A DNA stretch of 64,000 nucleotides from Methanomassiliicoccaceae archaeon (GTDB taxonomy: Archaea > Thermoplasmatota > Thermoplasmata > Methanomassiliicoccales > Methanomassiliicoccaceae): the NCBI GenBank assembly GCA_040776945.1, contig JAXGZN010000001.1, positions 416,001 to 480,000 on the forward strand, read 5' to 3'. Below, piece after piece: positions 30,806 to 40,522 of this stretch. The position numbers and the translations under genes are program-made. Within the stretch, counting starts at the first letter, position 1; each line of letters begins with the position of its first letter. The notes beneath the pieces were generated by a model. That model did no database searches. It saw only the letters and a program-made list of their open reading frames with translations, and was not told the DNA's origin.

Positions 30806-30877
30806 GTTCTTGATAGCTGGCATGGGGACGCAAACCTTCATGAGCCCACGTCCGTTCTAAGGGCGGGATGCATCGGG

Positions 30878-32206
30878 ATGGGAAAGAGCAGAACAAAGGA
30901 CGATAAGTGGTACTTTTCGTTCCTACCTAACAACATGGCAGGGGGCAGCACTTCGCCGCTTATCCCCTTGTTCGTGACCGAGGGCCTGGCGGGGACCGTG
31001 GCGCAGGTCGGGATGATCAGCGCGCTTTCGTCTCTGGCAGCGATACCATCCAACATCATGTGGGGTAACCTCTCGGACGCAGCAAAGAAGCGGCGCCTGT
31101 TCGTGCTCATCGGGTTCGCCGGGCTGGCGCTCTCCCTCCTCATGATGGCGTTCTCGGTCAACTTCTTTCAATATCTTATCGCCAATGCCGTTCTGGGCCT
31201 GCTGTCCACAGCAGCCTCGCCGGTGGGCACCGTCCTCATCCTGGAATCGTTCAAGGAAGAGGAATGGGCCAGGCGTCTGGGGGACTTCAGCAAGATTGGC
31301 GGCATCGGATGGGTCGTCGGCCTTAGTGTCGGGACGGTGTGGATAGCGGGCTTCTCCAACAGCGCCGATCCTTCTCTTACCATGCGGGCGCTGTTCATCA
31401 TGGCCGCTGGCCTTTCCATGGTCTCGATATTCCTGGCATACCGGTGGGTCCCTGAACCGGGAGAGGTGCTCGACCGCTCCAAGATCGTCAGCGGCTCGAT
31501 CCTCCGTACCCCCTTGTACGTGTTCGAGCGAGCACGGTATCTGCCGTACCGCATGATCCATGTCCTGAGGATCAGCTCCGGAAGGATCGGCATCAAGAAC
31601 ATTCCGGGCAACCTACGGATGTACTATGTATATGCTATGATCGTGTTCACCGGGTTCCTGTCGTTCTACGTCGGCCTGCCTATCTTCCTGAAGCACTACG
31701 CCGGAATGAGCAGTACTGAGGTGTTCATCATCTACCTTGCTTCATCCATCGCCTCGGCACTTACGTACTCGCAGGCGGGCCACTGGGCAACCAGTCTGGG
31801 AAGCAAGAGGCTGCAGACCCTGGCCGTCGCGGGAAGGGTGTTCCTATTCCCGTCGTTCTTCTTGGCGACCATGATGGGGCTGTCCCACGGCGCGTTGTTG
31901 GTGACGTTCTGCGTCCTTCATGCCCTTATGGGGTTCTGCTGGGCCAACATATCCGTTTCCGGGAACCACATCGTGTCCAACATGTGCTTGAAGGAGCGCC
32001 GGGCGGAGGCCACTGGGACTTTCAGCGCAGTGCAGGGAGCGGCCAACGTGGTAGGTGCGCTGTTCGGCGGGTTCGTGGCTCAGCACATGGGCTACAACGT
32101 GGTCTTCGTCATATCCTCGGTCCTTCTCATCACTGGGCTGGTGCTGCTGAGCAGGATCAATACGGAAAAAGTGGTGGAAGGGGTCCCGACCCCATATGCT
32201 GCCTGA
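30878..32206 (+). CDS. MFS transporter
   Basis: About 12 TM helices; WGNLSDAAKKRR motif A. Confidence 0.9.
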   Translation: MGKSRTKDDKWYFSFLPNNMAGGSTSPLIPLFVTEGLAGTVAQVGMISALSSLAAIPSNIMWGNLSDAAKKRRLFVLIGFAGLALSLLMMAFSVNFFQYLIANAVLGLLSTAASPVGTVLILESFKEEEWARRLGDFSKIGGIGWVVGLSVGTVWIAGFSNSADPSLTMRALFIMAAGLSMVSIFLAYRWVPEPGEVLDRSKIVSGSILRTPLYVFERARYLPYRMIHVLRISSGRIGIKNIPGNLRMYYVYAMIVFTGFLSFYVGLPIFLKHYAGMSSTEVFIIYLASSIASALTYSQAGHWATSLGSKRLQTLAVAGRVFLFPSFFLATMMGLSHGALLVTFCVLHALMGFCWANISVSGNHIVSNMCLKERRAEATGTFSAVQGAANVVGALFGGFVAQHMGYNVVFVISSVLLITGLVLLSRINTEKVVEGVPTPYAA

Positions 32207-32208
32207 GC

Positions 32209-32640
32209 TTACTTCAGCGATCCGGCAAGGTTCCTGCCGAACACGACCGCCATGCTCTCTTCGCCCGCCAGCAGCTCCTTGCCTGGACCGGTGCTGAAGT
32301 AGGTCCGGGAGGCCACATCGAGGTTAGCGCCCTTCATGATGGCCGCTAGCTTCTCGGACAGCCCCGATTGTTCCCCGGCCATCCTGGTGTCGAAGAGCAC
32401 CGTTCTAGCCTTGCTGTTGCCGCCGACCGCCTTCTTCGCCAGACCGGTAATCTTACGTCCCGCCAGGAACCCGTTGGACGGGCCTCCGAGGACCAAGAAG
32501 TCCACGTTCGCCAGCTCCGAGGGCGAGACCGACCCGACCGCCTTGCATGCCACATCGGTCCAGCCTCCCTGCTTCAAGCCGGAGCAGATGGCCTGACCGA
32601 TCTTCTCGGTATTGCCTTCATACACTACGAGTGCTTTCAC
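32209..32640 (-). CDS. Flavodoxin-like protein
   Basis: KALVVYEGNTEKIGQAI, LVLGGP and LFDTR motifs. Confidence 0.75.
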   Translation of the reverse strand: MKALVVYEGNTEKIGQAICSGLKQGGWTDVACKAVGSVSPSELANVDFLVLGGPSNGFLAGRKITGLAKKAVGGNSKARTVLFDTRMAGEQSGLSEKLAAIMKGANLDVASRTYFSTGPGKELLAGEESMAVVFGRNLAGSLK

Positions 32641-32915
32641 TACCTAACCCCCTGATTCTCCTTAAGAATATTGGGGGAAAGATATACTTCTGACCCTATA
32701 TGCTTTTCTACATTTCTAAGAACATAGAATGGTATCCCTGGCCATGCCAGCACCTTAATGATTCGCGATCTTATTATATTTTGATGGATAATGGGAATTC
32801 GATTCGGACGTCGGCCCATCTTCTCGATGGAGGCGGTCATCGGTGGTGAAGATGCGTCCTCCTATCGGCATCCTAGGTCCGGCCCAAGACCGTAGCGCGG
32901 GCCTACTTCTCCGTT

Positions 32916-33836
32916 TCATCTCTTTGAGGTTCCATGCTTTCGAAGCAGCGTGTCCCTCCACGTCTCTATGCTGGTGGAGGCGAGCAGAGGGTTCACCTCG
33001 AAGTAAGGGAACTCCGGCCTGTCTTGGATGGACCTTGTCAGGTCCAGAATGTCCTCGTAGTCCTGCCCGAGGAGCGTAGTGGTCGTCAAGACGGGTATGT
33101 TGGAAAAGGTGTTGAAGTAGAGGACACCAGGCGCGTGCTTTCTCATAAGCTCCCCGGCGGCCACTTCCACCCGTTCCGGCTCAAGGCTTTCCAAGTGGAA
33201 CATGCAAAGAGGATTGGACACGACATTAGGGTCGATGTCCACGGAGAATTCGATGGCCCCGGCGGAGATCAGATCGTCCAGTATCGATGTTACGTCCTTT
33301 TTGTTCTTCTTTATCCTCGCCGCTATCTCCTCTCCCGTGAGGGTATGGTCCTCGGCCAGGGCGCCTAAGATCTTCCATTCCAGCTGTCCAAGTTCAAGGG
33401 ACCCTTTCTCCTGGCCGAAGAGGTTCCGGACCCCATGGGTGGGCCGGATCATCATGGTCTCCCTCTCTAACCGAGATATGCGCTCCCCGATGTCGTCCTC
33501 GCTCTTCAAGTGCAGGGCGAAGTAGAAGCGCCCGGAGGTCGAGTGGGCGGCCCACCCAACTCTATCGTCCTCTCGGACGGCCCTAAGCCCGTCGGGAAGA
33601 GAGCGCAGCCTGCTCCTTCCCCAGACCAACACGCTGCGGATCCCCATGGACACGAGGGAGGGCTTGGCTGTGAACTTTCGTATGAATCCTGCCTGGACCA
33701 TCTCTTTGATCCTGGCTCTGATGTTCTCCTGCTCCAGGCCGGTGATCTCCTCGAGCTGTCCCAGGGAGACACGTGAATCGCGTGATAAGATCTGGAACAG
33801 GGAGACATCCACCTGGTCCAGCTTTCCGTCCTTCAT
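32916..33836 (-). CDS. Transcriptional regulator with tandem AsnC/Lrp-type wHTH domains
   Basis: LDQVDVSLFQILSRDSRVS... and a second ELGQLEWKILGALAEDHT... HTH. Confidence 0.8.
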   Translation of the reverse strand: MKDGKLDQVDVSLFQILSRDSRVSLGQLEEITGLEQENIRARIKEMVQAGFIRKFTAKPSLVSMGIRSVLVWGRSRLRSLPDGLRAVREDDRVGWAAHSTSGRFYFALHLKSEDDIGERISRLERETMMIRPTHGVRNLFGQEKGSLELGQLEWKILGALAEDHTLTGEEIAARIKKNKKDVTSILDDLISAGAIEFSVDIDPNVVSNPLCMFHLESLEPERVEVAAGELMRKHAPGVLYFNTFSNIPVLTTTTLLGQDYEDILDLTRSIQDRPEFPYFEVNPLLASTSIETWRDTLLRKHGTSKR

Positions 33837-33982
33837 GCACCGTCATGGCCATAGGAAGGCTATTAGGCTTTATGCGAACGGGACGGTCCATCCCAACGCT
33901 GCTTTGTCGATCGCGGAAAAAGGTTGCCTGTCGATCGGGCAAGGTTAAGAACGTGGTCATCAAGCCTTGGTCAAGATTTGAT

Positions 33983-34012
33983 AAAGTGCAGGGGAAGGGA
34001 TTTGAACCCCCG
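33983..34012. repeat. 30-bp copy of the tRNA-Leu 3' end (secondary att remnant)
   Basis: AAAGTGCAGGGGAAGGGATTTGAACCCCCG, identical to 34658-34687 and 48315-48344. Confidence 0.9.
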
Positions 34013-34091
34013 GATTGCAAAGGAGATACGATGTCAATCATGTCTCCGCTTCGAAAATGAATTAATAATTATTGAAGCGTTAACGCAACAC

Positions 34092-34547
34092 ATGGCTTCC
34101 TGTCCTGTATGCAAGGAAGAGGGGATAGTGGTAGAGAAGATCACTGTGGCGAACCACGTAAAAGAATCATGTTGGCCACTTGGTGAAGAGGTGTTCCATT
34201 TCTGTGATAACCCTGACTGCGAGGTCATCTATTTCACCGCCTCAGGCAACAGGGTCATAAAAAAGACCGGTGTGAAGACCAGGGTCACCTTCAAGGTAAA
34301 GGACTCCCCGAGGCCACTGTGCTATTGCAAGCAGGTCACTGAAGAAGACGTGATCGACGCCATAAGGAACGGTGCCAAGACCTTCGAGGAGGTAAAGTTG
34401 GTTACAGGCATAGGTGGCGGGGGCCAATGCAAGGTGACTAATCCATCGGGCCGATGCTGTTCTAGGAATTATCGGCCGTTCATAGAGAGGGAGCTAAAGA
34501 AAAGGGGCTACGGCCAACCAAGCGACATCAACATAGTCTTCCAATAG
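34092..34547 (+). CDS. CopZ-N-like Zn/[2Fe-2S] (BFD-like) metallochaperone
   Basis: CPVC, FCDNPDCEVIYF, LCYC and CKVTNPSGRCC motifs. Confidence 0.85.
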   Translation: MASCPVCKEEGIVVEKITVANHVKESCWPLGEEVFHFCDNPDCEVIYFTASGNRVIKKTGVKTRVTFKVKDSPRPLCYCKQVTEEDVIDAIRNGAKTFEEVKLVTGIGGGGQCKVTNPSGRCCSRNYRPFIERELKKRGYGQPSDINIVFQ

Positions 34548-34657
34548 TTTTTTTTCACAAATGGTCTAAAATGGGGGAGGAAAGAAGCCCTTCCCCTTTT
34601 ACTTCGAAGGCATTAGAATCAAACCGTGATCTATGATCGGCTTTGAATAATTGAAGG

Positions 34658-34714
34658 AAAGTGCAGGGGAAGGGATTTGAACCCCCGAACCACTAAGGAT
34701 AAGACCCTGAATCT
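34658..34714. repeat. att site: 57-bp direct repeat of the tRNA-Leu 3' half
   Basis: AAAGTGCAGGGGAAGGGATTTGAACCCCCGAACCACTAAGGATAAGACCCTGAATCT, identical to 48315-48371. Confidence 0.97.
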
Positions 34715-34895
34715 ACTTTTGCTGGACAGTAGTAGATAACTGCTTTTTTACCTAAATACCCTTGTGCATCCTTGTGCCCGAGATTTCGCTTCGCTCACTA
34801 TCTCATTGAGGATTTTCCAACTATTGTGAACATGCTTAGTTTGCTCGGTTAAGGCATAACTAAACAATTATCGTATCGAACGGAATATCTCACGT

Positions 34896-36295
34896 ATGCC
34901 CAAGATTGATATATCGGAAGGGTTCAGAGTTCAGGGCGAATGGTGGCTCCCTGGAAAAATCAGTAACTCTGTTCCAGGCTCACTATCATATGATAAACAA
35001 TCGGGTTTAGAACTATTATTAAACGGGACGTTCGACGGGTCCATATTTCAGGATGATTCTCGGCAGGAGATAATCCATGGAAATTCGGAGAATGGCATTG
35101 TCACACTTTTCAAATGTGGGAGAGGCTCCAACAACACAAATATCACCAGTGTAAGTAGCGGAACATTTGCTCTAATTAAGACGAAATTCAAACCGAGAAT
35201 GGCTTTTTTTGGAGCTCATTTTTTACGAGAAGAAGATATGGAATTCAAAGGGGCAACTGTTAATTTACAATATATGAGAGAATGGACTGGGAAATCGGGC
35301 TTCGTCACCAACACTCCTCCTTCACTTGAGGAAGCATCAATAAAATATGTCACCCTAAAAGATGTTATTGCATCTTACAATGAGAATACAATAAAGATAG
35401 GATTACGTTACAATAAAAATCTGAACTGGGATGAGGAATCGATAAGACAAACTGCCTTCGTTGATTTTTCGTTCGCAACTGATCTAGATATTTGGGGTCT
35501 AATTTCACATATCAAACGGTTTAGAGATTTGATCAGCCTCGGTATAAAGAGAAGAACCACACCTCTCAGCATAGAAGTTGAGCTAAAAAACCCAGCGTCC
35601 ATTGAAAGCAAGTCGAATGGGATTGAGTTGATCTTCCCACCGCTTAATGCCCAAACAGGAAAAGATAAGCTTACGCCAGCGGACATGATGTTTTGGCTTC
35701 ACGATTTAGAGGCTAATCTAGGCAGCTATCTTACTAATTGGTATGGCGATGAATCCAAACTACAGCCTGCAATGATCTCTATTTCGGCTCCTTATATAAT
35801 CCTGATTTATACGATTACAACAAATTTCTAAATCTAATCCAAGCGATTGAATCATACCATAGGAAAAACTATGGTGGGACTGGGCTACCAGTGGAAGAAT
35901 ATAATAAGCTGACAACTATGCTAATAGCAGTGGCCCCAGGCGAGTATAAAGAGTTTTTGAAAGATTTTTTTAAGTATGAAAATGAGGTCAGTTTAAGGAA
36001 ACGGTTAAAAGAAATATATAAGATGCACAAATCCGCAGTAGAACCTTTTATTCCAGATAGGGATGAGTTTATTGGGCTTACGCTCGATACACGCAATTAT
36101 CTGACGCACTACGGCAAAGACCTTGAGGAAAAGGCAGCAAAGGGTGCGGAATTGTTCTTCCTCACGACTAGGCTTGAACTCGTTATTGAAATAATATTCT
36201 TATCTGAAATTGGATTCGTTGATGAGGATATAAAAAATGTACTTGATAGACATTGGCTATATCTTCGGCTCAAAAAAGCAGATGCACCTGGATGA
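34896..36295 (+). pseudogene. ApeA-like protein (ApeA N-terminal domain plus HEPN RNase), frameshifted near 35770
   Basis: N-terminus GEWWLPG...VPGSLSYD...LELLLNG. The -1 frame from 35771 reads NDLYFGSLYN...FLNLIQAIESYHR and continues into ORF 35891-36295, which carries the HEPN motif RNYLTH. Confidence 0.8.
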
Positions 36296-36516
36296 ATGCT
36301 CCCTATTGGGAGGCAATAATATTCATGAGCGTTTATGGTACGACTCCTTTGATAATCAAAATCCATCTAGTTCTCGGGGATTCAATGTTGTAGGTATTAC
36401 TATACCCCTATACGTCATCTGTCCACAGATGAAGATTCGGTGAGATTGTGCCTGACGTGAGAGAGGATTTGCGGGGATGAGAGCGATTACGAAGGGGAGC
36501 TGAGAATATCTTTTAA

Positions 36517-37683
36517 TTAACTGACAGACGCCTCCTGATTATCCTTTTTTATCAATATTTCCGATATCGTGACATCCGAATCAGCTTCTTTACAAATCAG
36601 TTTGAAAATGCCATTTTTTGTCTTACCACTTACAAATTGTGTTGTGATCTTTGCTTCTATCTTTAATTGGATGGAGCCATCAACTATTCGGGGGTTGTAC
36701 CTTATGTCGGTGACACCAAAAAATGGCTCAATTCCTTTCAGGGCATATTCATCGGGATTGAAATCAACCAGAGTTGTTGTTAACTCCCATTTTATCATGC
36801 CGCCCTTAATTGGTTTTCTTTGTTCAGCTGAGTTCCTTTCAATATTCAATAAGTAATGAATTGCCGTAATGTATGCTTGCACTAGATGTGGCGTAAAGTC
36901 AGCTACATTATCAGCAATATCGGCTAAACTTCTTCTCCCATGCAGGATATCATTTCTCAGGTCGTTCAGTTTCCAGTATAAATTCCTCTTTTCGGGAAAC
37001 TGTGTTTCAATAAATTTTTCTAATCCCCAGTTCTTTTGAGGCGGCTGTAGTCCTTCATCGCAATGGGGGCAGATGTTTAATTCCTTATGACAACTTGGGC
37101 ACTTCTGGAATTTTAATGAGGGGTTAATTTTCTTAAAAAGTAGGGGCTCTAATGTTTCTAGGGCAGTCCAATAGCTAGTAAATGCCACATATCTGTCTTT
37201 TTCGGGAATGCCCATTTTAAACCATTTAAATGATCTTTGGATTCGATCTTTCTCATCCAGGTTATATGGATTCTCACCTAGTGCTATTCTTTGGAGGTAT
37301 CCTGGTTGTAATTGGCCTCTAGAAATATTCACACCAATAAGGTTGTCAATCATTTGCATGAACTCTCTTTCTTCAATTCCAGGCGTGACGTCATACGCAA
37401 TCCATAATGATGGATAATGTAGCCCTACTCCTGAAATAAATGAAAAATTCTCAGTAAGATCCTCAACTATTTCTGTCGATTTTTTTACAGCTTCATGAAG
37501 ATTATCAGATTCTCTTGTAATAACAAACCTTAGGCCCACTGGCACTAGTACTTCTTCAATATTCCTAATTATCTGAAATACCTCCACTTTTGAATTCTTT
37601 CCACTCGTCATAACAAATCTATCAAACTTTTCTTCAAATCGAACTCCTGGCATAAGGTTAAAGATGACCCTATAAACGCTCAT
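36517..37683 (-). CDS. HEPN-domain protein with an inserted Zn ribbon (putative defence RNase)
   Basis: FTSYWTALETL helix, CPSC...CPHC and the RxxxxH motif LRNDILHG. Confidence 0.7.
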   Translation of the reverse strand: MSVYRVIFNLMPGVRFEEKFDRFVMTSGKNSKVEVFQIIRNIEEVLVPVGLRFVITRESDNLHEAVKKSTEIVEDLTENFSFISGVGLHYPSLWIAYDVTPGIEEREFMQMIDNLIGVNISRGQLQPGYLQRIALGENPYNLDEKDRIQRSFKWFKMGIPEKDRYVAFTSYWTALETLEPLLFKKINPSLKFQKCPSCHKELNICPHCDEGLQPPQKNWGLEKFIETQFPEKRNLYWKLNDLRNDILHGRRSLADIADNVADFTPHLVQAYITAIHYLLNIERNSAEQRKPIKGGMIKWELTTTLVDFNPDEYALKGIEPFFGVTDIRYNPRIVDGSIQLKIEAKITTQFVSGKTKNGIFKLICKEADSDVTISEILIKKDNQEASVS

Positions 37684-37820
37684 ACCTTCCCCCAATTTTG
37701 AATGTATATCAAGTTACAAATAGATTTTCTAACCACATTCGCAACTCTTCCATTTCTATCTCGAGGTCTGTGGTAGAATCAGTTACATTCCTTTTTAGAT
37801 GATAAAGCGATACAATTCCA

Positions 37821-38362
37821 ATGGTAATTATGGAGTATCCTAAGTGGATTTGTTATCCAAGATGCATCGAACATCCAGAATGGGTAGAAGACGTTGCAGC
37901 GATTTTTAGAAAGCATAAATCCACAATCTGCTCCATAAACAATCATTGTAAGAGCGATGAAGTGTTGGAAATAATCAGGCAGGATTTGGAGAGCGTTGGA
38001 TTCCTCGTTGAAGGTGGGAATGGGACTAGCACGATAAAACGCCCAGTTTTTTTGGTGAGTATGGAGAGCCAGAATTGCAGTACCAAATCGATTCCTATAA
38101 TCCGATAAAGAAGATTGGATTGGAGGTCGAGGCAGGCCGTTCGAAATTGGGCAACGCCCTCTACCGAGATATCATACAAACTGCACTCTTGGTTGGGGTC
38201 GACTACTTCGTTGTGGCGGTTCCACAGAAGTATAGATACCTCTCGAGTGGGAAGCAGTTCGAGGAGAGTATATACCTAATATGCAAATCGATCCTCGATG
38301 CCATTTACGGAACAACAAGGTTTCCACTACCGTTTAGGAATACTGTCCTGATAAGCTACTAA
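37821..38362 (+). pseudogene. Restriction-endonuclease-like (PD-(D/E)xK-type) protein split by a -1 frameshift at a T7 run
   Basis: ORFs 37821-38108 and 38075-38362 join at G-TTTTTTT-G (T run 38047-38053) to give KRPVFFGEYGEPELQYQIDSY...GLEVEAGR...LYRDIIQ. Confidence 0.65.
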
Positions 38363-38365
38363 ATT

Positions 38366-40522
38366 CTAATCTATAGTTCCAATCTCTTCCTTATTTAATT
38401 TTGAGGTGGGGATAATTACCCACTTGGTCATACCTTCCCCATTTACTTTTGGTCTCTTCTCGGTTGTCCAATTTCCTACACCAAAGATATCATTCAGGGC
38501 CCTTGGTACTAGGCTATGTGCAATGTTATCCCTTTCTTTATCGTTGATTAGATCTGGCAAATCCGCTTTCAAGTGCAATTTTATACCATACCATGTCTGA
38601 CCCTTCGCTTTTAGGTTAGTTATGTATTCTAGGTCATTTTTCAAGGATAAAATTGCTGCAGAGGAGTAAGCTTCAAGATAATCCATTCCTGGTTCAGCTT
38701 TTTCAGGTAGATCGTTCTCTTCGACTTGTATAACTTGTTCAGAGCTCGTTTCAATTTCGACCTTTATTGCTTGTGGTATCTTTTCAGCAGCTACCCCAAA
38801 CTTTTTCTTTAATTCCAGAGCATATGTTTTGCCTTCCTTTTTGTCATATTTTGAATCTATGGGCTTATACAATTCCTCAAAGGACAGGATTCTGATAGGT
38901 ATTGGATAACTCTTGCCACCAGCACTGCTCCAGAACACACCATTGCCTACGATCGGCTCATTTAACAAGGCGGAGAGTATGTCATCAGAGAAGTGAGCAT
39001 TTGCCCTCTTCAAAGATTGCAGATCATTAGCCGATAGGAGGTGGAATACAAACCAATTATCTCCTTGGCTTAGTATCTGTCCATCAATGCTACCGGGCTG
39101 CTGAGTAATTAGTATCGCACCGAGATCGTACTTGCGTCCTTCCTTGACCCAAGCAACGTAGGGTTTTGTTGCCCCATAGTTACCTAATACCGATTGTGCC
39201 TCTTCGATGACGGCAATAGTTGGAATGGTTGCTGGATTCGCCTCAGTGAATTGTTGCTGATTGAAATCGAATATCTTTTGTAAAATCATCCCCGAAAGCA
39301 CCAGAGATATCTCGCCCCTTAGCTGCGAAATATCGATGATACATAGCTTTCCGTCCTTCAATGAATTCAGAAGCATGTCTAGCATCTGACTGCTGGGATC
39401 GTGGAGCATACGCACGATTTTGGTCATATTTGCCCGTGCTGCGACCATCTCTGCTGTTTGATCCTCTTTTAGATGAAGCAACTCCAACATTGTCTCTTCA
39501 TCCGCCATGTTTTCGCTCTTATGAATTAAATCTACAAGCTTTCTCCAGTTCTCATCGTTCAGATTTTTTAACTTTGTGACGTTTTGCTGCTCTTGCTTCT
39601 CTGGAGGCAGAGCGATGGAGATTACGTCTGAAGCCTTGAGCCGTCTAATATCGAATCTAATGGAGCTGGCAACAAATGATTGGTAAAATTTGCTAGGGCT
39701 CTTTTTGCTCGAAAAAATTACAACTTTATCCTCGAGCTCCGGTACATCACAAAGGCCTGGTCGCCCCTTGTCATCAGGCCAATAGTATTCTCCATCTGGA
39801 TCGAAAATTATCGTACCGACAGGTACCTTGGTACCCCCTCTTTTCTCCACTGTTGGGGTTTCTTTGTAAAGGCTGCTGAACAGTAATTTGTTGAGGTTTG
39901 ATTTACCAAACCCTGCTCTGGCAAAAACAAAAGATCTTCTGGATACCAGGTTTTTTATCGGAAATTTTGACACGACAGCTGGATTTAGTATTCTCATCCA
40001 GTTTTCGATTTTACATCTTTTATCGTTACCAGCATAGATGAACTCCCCCAGGCCGAAAAATCCTATATCTGCCCCGTCGATGTTGTGCCCAGCCACCTCT
40101 TTGAGGAGCTCATCCGACAAAAAGGCTACTTTACTCCCAACATGGGGTAACCGTCTATGGGAAGCCGCAAAGACAACCTCCCCGTCGTTTACCCTCAGAA
40201 CGCCTAACACTCGTATCTCAACACAATATTTCAGGTATTGTTCACGCAAGTCCTCTGGTATAGATCGATCGTCAGCTACTGCCCTGATGCCGTAGTCTTC
40301 GCCAGATCCAGAAGTTAGTCTGCCTTCAGCTGATATTGACGCAATGCGACCAAGCACTCCCTCTTCCTCACTCTCTAGTTGAATTAGGACAAATTGACCA
40401 TGCATTGGAGCTGTTTGAAAGCTGTTCTTGTATGGCAGTATTATTTCGGCATGAAACTCTAAACCGCCTTGTTTAAATCCCCTGAATATCCCCACAATAT
40501 TCTCTTTTTCAAACAATTTCAT
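38366..40522 (-). CDS. HerA/FtsK-family ATPase (HAS barrel plus DUF87-like domain)
   Basis: N-terminal barrel (GQFVLIQ, LGRI, LPHVGSKV), Walker A ARAGFGKS, Walker B IAVIEEAQ, EGRKY arginine finger, ITQQP. Confidence 0.9.
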   Translation of the reverse strand: MKLFEKENIVGIFRGFKQGGLEFHAEIILPYKNSFQTAPMHGQFVLIQLESEEEGVLGRIASISAEGRLTSGSGEDYGIRAVADDRSIPEDLREQYLKYCVEIRVLGVLRVNDGEVVFAASHRRLPHVGSKVAFLSDELLKEVAGHNIDGADIGFFGLGEFIYAGNDKRCKIENWMRILNPAVVSKFPIKNLVSRRSFVFARAGFGKSNLNKLLFSSLYKETPTVEKRGGTKVPVGTIIFDPDGEYYWPDDKGRPGLCDVPELEDKVVIFSSKKSPSKFYQSFVASSIRFDIRRLKASDVISIALPPEKQEQQNVTKLKNLNDENWRKLVDLIHKSENMADEETMLELLHLKEDQTAEMVAARANMTKIVRMLHDPSSQMLDMLLNSLKDGKLCIIDISQLRGEISLVLSGMILQKIFDFNQQQFTEANPATIPTIAVIEEAQSVLGNYGATKPYVAWVKEGRKYDLGAILITQQPGSIDGQILSQGDNWFVFHLLSANDLQSLKRANAHFSDDILSALLNEPIVGNGVFWSSAGGKSYPIPIRILSFEELYKPIDSKYDKKEGKTYALELKKKFGVAAEKIPQAIKVEIETSSEQVIQVEENDLPEKAEPGMDYLEAYSSAAILSLKNDLEYITNLKAKGQTWYGIKLHLKADLPDLINDKERDNIAHSLVPRALNDIFGVGNWTTEKRPKVNGEGMTKWVIIPTSKLNKEEIGTID

